From Nitrospirota bacterium (GTDB lineage Bacteria; Nitrospirota; UBA9217), in assembly GCA_963737155.1 (NCBI GenBank), contig CAVTRN010000002.1, positions 2,624,001 through 2,688,000 of the forward strand: a stretch of DNA of 64,000 nt, read 5' to 3'. This document shows positions 58,153 to 64,000 of this stretch, piece by piece. A program made the position numbers and the translations under genes. The notes beneath the pieces were generated by a model that made no database searches, was not told the origin of the DNA, and was given only the letters and a program-made list of their open reading frames with translations. How positions within the stretch are numbered: position 1 is the stretch's first letter; every line of letters begins with the position of its first letter.

Positions 58153-59280
58153 TTATCCCCGTGCTGGGGCACATGCACTGCCGTTCCAGAACAGGGAAAG
58201 ATACAATGTCTCCATTTGATCCGCCACCGCATCCCATGAGAAGTTTTTCCGAACATGCTCCAGCGCGGGTCTCTTCTTTTCATGAACCTTAGAAGGATGT
58301 TCGATCAGGTCAAACAACACGCGCCGGAGATCGCTGGCATCGCGGTTTCGGAACGTGTATCCATAATCTTCCACAGCCTCCAGATTTTCAGGGATGTCGC
58401 TGGAGAGGCAACAATTCCCGTAGTTCATGGCCTCCAACAGCGCCACGGGCAACCCCTCCAACATCGAGGGGAGGCAGAACATATAGGCGTTGCTGAAGAG
58501 CTCCTCGAGCGGCGCCCCTTTGACAAAACCGGGGAACAAGATCCTCCGGTCATCCCCAGCCAAGTTTCGGAGCCGAGCCTTGTACGGTTCCGCATACGCC
58601 GCATCCCCAGCAATAACCAGCTTCATGTCCGTCTTTATTCCCTGAAAGGCCTCGATCAGGAGGTGGGCGCCCTTTTCAGGTACCAAGCGTGCGGCGAAAA
58701 GGATGTACTGGCCCGGGACAAGTCCCTGTTCAAGAATCCACTGTGGCGGTCGGTATTCCACTGGGCTCACGCCGTTCGGAATGTAGACCACTTCGCGGCC
58801 GAATCGCGTTTCATAATAATTCTTTTGCACTTTCGACACGGCCGTGATCTTGCTCGGGAAGTATGCTACGCTGTAATCCGACAGCCGAAGAAACGTCTTG
58901 CCGGTCAGACCCCACTTGTCCCGTTTCCACTCCAAGCCGTGTGTCTGCACGACCGTGGGGATGCCTCTCATCCGTGGGAATATCGAAAAGAGCGAAGGCC
59001 CCACGGCATGCACATGAACCAAGTCAACGTTGCCATGTCGCATAACGTCCAGCGTCGCGTTCCAGCAGATAGACAGCTTGTGGAATGCCCTGGTATTCAC
59101 CGAGGGGACTGTGGTGATACGCATGCCTTTGAAAATTCCGTCCAACGTACCATAGTTCCTGCTGGAGTACACGGTCACTGCATGGCCTCTAGCGACCATG
59201 CGAGAGCCCAGCTCCTCTGTCACTTTTTCCACTCCGCCTCCACCGGGCATGCCCTTGACAGCAATGTAGGCTATCCTCAT
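58153..59280 (-). CDS. Glycosyltransferase family 4
   Basis: GGVE, HGLEWKRDKW, RLVPEKG, EGLPVALLEAM. Confidence 0.93.
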   Translation of the reverse strand: MRIAYIAVKGMPGGGGVEKVTEELGSRMVARGHAVTVYSSRNYGTLDGIFKGMRITTVPSVNTRAFHKLSICWNATLDVMRHGNVDLVHVHAVGPSLFSIFPRMRGIPTVVQTHGLEWKRDKWGLTGKTFLRLSDYSVAYFPSKITAVSKVQKNYYETRFGREVVYIPNGVSPVEYRPPQWILEQGLVPGQYILFAARLVPEKGAHLLIEAFQGIKTDMKLVIAGDAAYAEPYKARLRNLAGDDRRILFPGFVKGAPLEELFSNAYMFCLPSMLEGLPVALLEAMNYGNCCLSSDIPENLEAVEDYGYTFRNRDASDLRRVLFDLIEHPSKVHEKKRPALEHVRKNFSWDAVADQMETLYLSLFWNGSACAPARG

Positions 59281-60500
59281 TATCCCAACGCTTTCTGGTA
59301 CGCCTGCATCAACTGATCAAAATGGGACGCGGCACTATAGCGCTCGGCCTTTCTTCGGGCAGCTTTTCCCATCGCGATGACGCGGTCTTCGGGCAGAGCC
59401 AGAAACAGTTCCAGCTTTTTCTGTAGATCCGCCGCGTTGCCAGGCTCGAACAGGTAGCCGTTGATCCCATCGTCAACCATCTCCGGAATGCCTCCGATCC
59501 TCGCCCCAATCACAGGCTTGCCGCGGCTGAAGGATTCGAGGATCGCCATAGGTGCATTCTCATACCATTCGGAAGGGAGAATTACGACTCTTGCAGAGTC
59601 TATTGTTTCCTCGAGCGGCGCCGCCGTTAAATAGCCCGTAAACTTTATGTTCTCCTTCTGCTCTTGTGTGACCATCTCCTCCACCGCCTGGCGGTCCGGG
59701 CCGTCGCCCACTACGTAAAGGGGAAGGTCGGTCCTCACCCTTCCCAAGGCGGCAATGAGCGTCCGGATACCCTTTTCCCGCGAGAGCCGACCGAAATGTA
59801 ACATATACCTGCCCGCCCGCTCTGACTCCGCCATGCCGTCCAAGTCGACTGGATTCGGGATGTGCACGAAGCGGCCAGCATCAAAACCGAATTCCCGATG
59901 TTTGTTCAGCAGAAACAGGCTGGGGGCTATAAAGAGTTTCACTGAAGCGTACTTCCTGAAAAAATGGCTAAAGTACGACTCTGCTGCGTAGATCGCGGAC
60001 GCTATCGTGTTGTCCTTATGGCATCTTGTCAATACTGCATGGTAAAACTTGTTCCCCTTGCATTGCTCGCAGACTCGGCCGTGGTTCAGCATGAGGTAAC
60101 TGGGGCACAGGAGCTTGAGGTCGTGCAGCGTCATCACCGCAGGCACGTCCTTTTCTTTCAATGCATCCAATACGGAAGTGCTAAGCCCACCGTAAATATT
60201 GTGTGCGTGGACCAGATCGGGCTTGAACTGTTCCAGCATACGCCGCAGTCCCTGGCGCGCCGGACTGGAGTAGATCATCTCCTTGACGGTCCTAACGCCC
60301 TCGAACGAAACACGGTAGCTGTCCCGCTGGATTGCAGCCGGAAAAAACCGCTCATAAGGAGCGGAATTATTGCGTGGATAGGACCTGGTAAATATGGCAA
60401 CCTCGTGCCCTGCCTTCTGCAGCATCCGCATCTCTTCGAAGAGGACCCGTTCGGATCCTCCACGGAGATAATAAAAGTTATTTAAAAATAAAATCTTCAT
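59280..60500 (-). CDS. Glycosyltransferase family 4
   Basis: GGSE, HAHN, GRLSREKG, PSEWYENAPMAILE. Confidence 0.93.
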   Translation of the reverse strand: MKILFLNNFYYLRGGSERVLFEEMRMLQKAGHEVAIFTRSYPRNNSAPYERFFPAAIQRDSYRVSFEGVRTVKEMIYSSPARQGLRRMLEQFKPDLVHAHNIYGGLSTSVLDALKEKDVPAVMTLHDLKLLCPSYLMLNHGRVCEQCKGNKFYHAVLTRCHKDNTIASAIYAAESYFSHFFRKYASVKLFIAPSLFLLNKHREFGFDAGRFVHIPNPVDLDGMAESERAGRYMLHFGRLSREKGIRTLIAALGRVRTDLPLYVVGDGPDRQAVEEMVTQEQKENIKFTGYLTAAPLEETIDSARVVILPSEWYENAPMAILESFSRGKPVIGARIGGIPEMVDDGINGYLFEPGNAADLQKKLELFLALPEDRVIAMGKAARRKAERYSAASHFDQLMQAYQKALG

Positions 60501-62335
60501 CAGTTTGAGGTTAAGTTGACGGTCGTTCCATCTGCGTTCACAATGAGTATTCTGTCAACATTGTAAAGACTGTTCCCTCTAATATCACTTATTTGTCCCT
60601 CGTCAACCAGAATTCCCGGATCTGCATTCGTTATGACATTATTGGTCACTACTACTCCGGCGGCGGCAAACACTCCGGAGCCGGTACAGTTTGTGATATC
60701 GTTCTGATCCACTAAAACGTCGAGACCATCCGCAAATATGCCGGAGCGACCGGCGTTCTGTACGCTGTTCTGGATAACATTCACGTGGTCTATGGGTGGG
60801 CCATCCCCTCTTTGAAGAAATATTCCATCGTTCACCGTATCCCTCACCTGGTTTTCTGAAATAACGACATCCTCGGCTCCGCCCAGAATGCCGATGGCTC
60901 CATTTTGGCCCCCTTCAATATCGTTTCCGGTAATTGTTACCCCTCTAATCTGTCCGCTTTGCGTCGTATTAGTAGTACCGAATGCTGTAATACCGAAAGA
61001 TGCCCCTTTGGCGCATACCGTGTTTTGCTCAATCAGTACGTTCTCCACCATACCTTCCCATCCGAAGGCAGCTATGGGTTCGTCGCTGACTGATTCAACC
61101 CGATTGCCCTGCAATGTTATCTGCGACGTCGCCGGTGCCGGTAGAGGATCACTGTTCCTGACCATGATGCACCCTCCACTCACCTCGTTTGCATTGCTGA
61201 TCGAGCACCCCTCAACAGTCGCATTCTGGACCTGTCCGGACAGATCAATGGCGTACAACGGCGAGTCGACGACCATGGTAATGTTACTGATGTCCAAATT
61301 ATCAACATTATAGAAACGCACAATTCCGACAGCATCTCCGTCGAGCTGTGATCCTGTAAACTGGATCGCTAGATTGCGAAGAACAATGTTCCTGTTACCG
61401 TGGACAAAGTCCGAATTCGTGATGAACTGAGATCCGTTAAATGCGGTTCCGAGAGTGAGCACCGTCGCTTCTCCCTCTCCTTCCAGAACGGTATCCGAAG
61501 GGAGCTCGATAGTACTGGAGACCGAATAAACACCGGCTGACACATGGATAACGGTCACGCCATTAGTGATTGTCCGTGCGCAGGACGACAGGTCAAGCTC
61601 GGTTGCTGCGGTTGCACCCTGACTGACCGCTGCTGATTGAGCACTCGATGCTGGAGTGCCTGACGAACCCGCTCCGCCACTACCGCATCCGGTCATTCCA
61701 CCCAGTGAAATGGCGGCAATGAGGGTGGACGTCATCAGCATGTGCTGGATGCGAAGGCTGCGCCTGACGTGATGCGGCTTGACATAACCTTCTTCGACGA
61801 GCACCTCTCCGAGTTTTTTGTCGGATGCCTTATGCTTCCGCAACGCGTCGTCGAGCTGCTCTCGGGCAATGTAGCCCGCCGAAATAAGGATCTCGCCTAA
61901 TCTGAGCTTGCTGGTATGTCCAGCCACTCGATCCTGACGCCGCTGAAAATCCAGCAGGATGTCCAGTTGACTCTTAGAGACCATGCCACGACGCACGAAG
62001 ATCTCGCCCAGCTTCGCGCCGGTCCTTTTCTGTTCGGCTAGCGCTTGTTCAAGCTGCTGAGGTTCGACATTACCTGCCTGCACGAGCAGGTCCCCGAGCG
62101 TCTCGCGCATACCCGCAGCGAGTTTGACCGCGGTAGCGGGATTGCTGAGATGATCCTGAACGGAGAGCACCGCGTTGATCTCGGCAGCTTCCAGGACACC
62201 CATCCTCACCAGAATCTGGCCCAGTTGTTCGCTGGTTTTGACCTGCTCAAGGAGCGCCAGATTCAGGTTCTGTGCGGACAAGAACCCGCCGTCTAGCAAT
62301 ATTCGACCGAGGGGCCGCTTTGCTTTTTTATTCAT
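60500..62335 (-). CDS. 3x MshEN (c-di-GMP-binding) domains, hydrophobic helix with lipobox, and right-handed beta-helix domain
   Basis: Six LGxxLxxxG motifs; TLIAAISLGGMTGC; GVYSVSSTIELPSDTVLEGEG pectin-lyase-like start; start may be 62371. Confidence 0.8.
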   Translation of the reverse strand: MNKKAKRPLGRILLDGGFLSAQNLNLALLEQVKTSEQLGQILVRMGVLEAAEINAVLSVQDHLSNPATAVKLAAGMRETLGDLLVQAGNVEPQQLEQALAEQKRTGAKLGEIFVRRGMVSKSQLDILLDFQRRQDRVAGHTSKLRLGEILISAGYIAREQLDDALRKHKASDKKLGEVLVEEGYVKPHHVRRSLRIQHMLMTSTLIAAISLGGMTGCGSGGAGSSGTPASSAQSAAVSQGATAATELDLSSCARTITNGVTVIHVSAGVYSVSSTIELPSDTVLEGEGEATVLTLGTAFNGSQFITNSDFVHGNRNIVLRNLAIQFTGSQLDGDAVGIVRFYNVDNLDISNITMVVDSPLYAIDLSGQVQNATVEGCSISNANEVSGGCIMVRNSDPLPAPATSQITLQGNRVESVSDEPIAAFGWEGMVENVLIEQNTVCAKGASFGITAFGTTNTTQSGQIRGVTITGNDIEGGQNGAIGILGGAEDVVISENQVRDTVNDGIFLQRGDGPPIDHVNVIQNSVQNAGRSGIFADGLDVLVDQNDITNCTGSGVFAAAGVVVTNNVITNADPGILVDEGQISDIRGNSLYNVDRILIVNADGTTVNLTSN

Positions 62336-62467
62336 AGGTTTCTCCGAGAAGCTGTCATGATAGATCCTCATGCCATGGGGGAGGAATATTCATTTTTTGC
62401 TCGTCGGGTCAGAACACGACATGTTTGGGTCTAGAAGCAGCGTTCGATGAGCCATGCCCGAGGATCA

Positions 62468-63913
62468 TCATGTGCCGGTCGGACAGCTTTTTTCTATCAG
62501 TGCTGATTCTCCATCGATTGTTTCTGTCTCGTTGCACTCAAGAGCTAACTCCCGCGCGGTGTCCCGGCTCTTACCGCCTACCCCCATCATACAAAACGCG
62601 AGCAGGCTCATTGCGAGGAAGTTATCGTAGTTGTTTTCCGTCATGCAATAACATGCTATCATCACAGCAACCCACCGGTATTGCTCCTCCATACGGTGAA
62701 AAAGCATGACCCATACAAATAGGGAAAGTAGCAGGCCTGTCAACCCGGTCTGGAAAAGAAACCGTATGTAATCGTTATGCGCCTCAATTCCGAACACGCT
62801 GTCTATCGTTCCTATTCCATGTCCAAAAAGAATTTCAACGAGGTTGGAATTTCGAAACACATGTAGAATGCGGTTCCAGTGATAGAGCCTCCATACTCCG
62901 GAGGTCACATCCTGCCCGTTTTCTTGAATCATCTCATAAAAATCAATTGGCTTATCGGAAAACACCCGGCTAATATTGTTTACAGCGAGAGTTACCTTCG
63001 CATTGGTTGCATCAACCACCTCAAGCGTTTTGGGAGGAATAGAGACAAAGATAAATATCGACAGTCCTATGCAAGCCATCACAAGCGTCCACTTTGCTAT
63101 GATGGGTATCCCGCTCTTCCTGTCGATGAATCGATACATTATGCCGATAAGAAAACTCAGAAGGGCTCCGCTAGTATGGGAAAGGTAAATAAGAAACACG
63201 ACCAGAGCCAGGTGCAAACCGCCAACGATTTTTCCCAATCGTCCATAATCTACGAGAAACAGCAACATCATAGCGGTAAAAGCAAAATTATTACCGTTCG
63301 CCAGAAAGCCCTTCACGCCCATAACGGGCTTCAACAGGTCGGTAGCTGAAACATGCTGCGGCCTCATCAGCCATCCAGAGAGGAGAAATACGAGTATCGT
63401 GAAATAGAGGAGCCATGCCCGTCTTGAACGGGCAAGAGGTGTGAGTGGCATGGCCAATCCCATGAGAATGACACAATTCAATGCATAATACTTAACCAAT
63501 TCTTGATATGCCTTTTGCATTACTTTTTCGTCGAGCGAAACAATTGGAATCACTGTAAGCACGAGGCACAATAATATCGAAAACAGTATCAATCCGGGCT
63601 TCAGGTTGAACAGGTAATGCCAATAAAGCACGAAAAGACATAATAGAAACATAGCCGCGCCGATGCTTGAGGCCACCTGCAATCCAGCAAGTTCGCCAAC
63701 CACGATAACGACGATGTAGAGGCAATATAGGTAGATGACGGGTTCCCAACGAAAATCCGCTGTAGATAGATCGTCTATGGTATTAATGTGAGGCCTCATC
63801 TGTTGAAACAGACCCGTCCCTATTCTGAAAGAGAATTCTAGCGCCCTGATGAAGTACATTCCCCCTGATGTTCTTTCTCCGTCCTCCGTCCACCAGGATG
63901 CCCGGTTTTGCAC
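62468..63913 (-). CDS. O-antigen ligase/polymerase (Wzy-like) membrane protein
   Basis: Multi-TM; SGVWR, LFGHGIG, AHNDYIRFLFQTGLTG; start uncertain. Confidence 0.85.
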   Translation of the reverse strand: MQNRASWWTEDGERTSGGMYFIRALEFSFRIGTGLFQQMRPHINTIDDLSTADFRWEPVIYLYCLYIVVIVVGELAGLQVASSIGAAMFLLCLFVLYWHYLFNLKPGLILFSILLCLVLTVIPIVSLDEKVMQKAYQELVKYYALNCVILMGLAMPLTPLARSRRAWLLYFTILVFLLSGWLMRPQHVSATDLLKPVMGVKGFLANGNNFAFTAMMLLFLVDYGRLGKIVGGLHLALVVFLIYLSHTSGALLSFLIGIMYRFIDRKSGIPIIAKWTLVMACIGLSIFIFVSIPPKTLEVVDATNAKVTLAVNNISRVFSDKPIDFYEMIQENGQDVTSGVWRLYHWNRILHVFRNSNLVEILFGHGIGTIDSVFGIEAHNDYIRFLFQTGLTGLLLSLFVWVMLFHRMEEQYRWVAVMIACYCMTENNYDNFLAMSLLAFCMMGVGGKSRDTARELALECNETETIDGESALIEKSCPTGT

Positions 63914-64000
63914 CGGCTATATCGTTATCGAGCACGGTAACATCTCCCGCGGCGTAAATGCCGATCTGAGAACAACCGTGTATAACGTTCTTTTCTACGT

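Noticed and set aside
1-64000. CRISPR arrays, rRNA, tRNA, tmRNA
   Set aside because: No repeat-spacer periodicity or recognisable structural RNA signature was found by eye; a covariance search was not possible.

Overview
Bacterial chromosomal window from a diderm organism. Gene order and content suggest Nitrospirota or Desulfobacterota (inference only). It has four parts. (1) 1-5 kb: housekeeping ftsH-folP-cdaA-cdaR-glmM. (2) 5-18 kb: mixed region with a LysR regulator, DUF47 plus a decayed PiT transporter, an IS110 remnant, a Big_2 lipoprotein, dtd, rlmN and phoB-phoR. (3) 18.5-43 kb: a phosphate and divalent-cation island marked by six arrays of Pho-box-like 7-mers at exact 11-bp spacing. 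It holds a second phoB, mgtA with a PTS-IIA protein, a psiE pseudogene and a phosphorus-free lipid remodelling operon. (4) 45.5-64 kb: an intact IS630 and an exosortase-linked exopolysaccharide cluster that includes a 3xMshEN-lipobox-beta-helix fusion. The best candidate for an undescribed system is the intact operon at 24.8-31.1 kb: DUF5132, an HMA2 membrane protein, a 22-mer amphipathic repeat protein, an HMA2-fused Ca2+-type P2A ATPase, and a MetK paralog that has lost its methionine-binding residues but kept its triphosphate/metal ligands. It resembles a ferrosome-type cluster rewired for Ca/polyphosphate (hypothesis). No rRNA, tRNA or CRISPR array was seen. All family calls come from reading motifs by eye, not from database searches.
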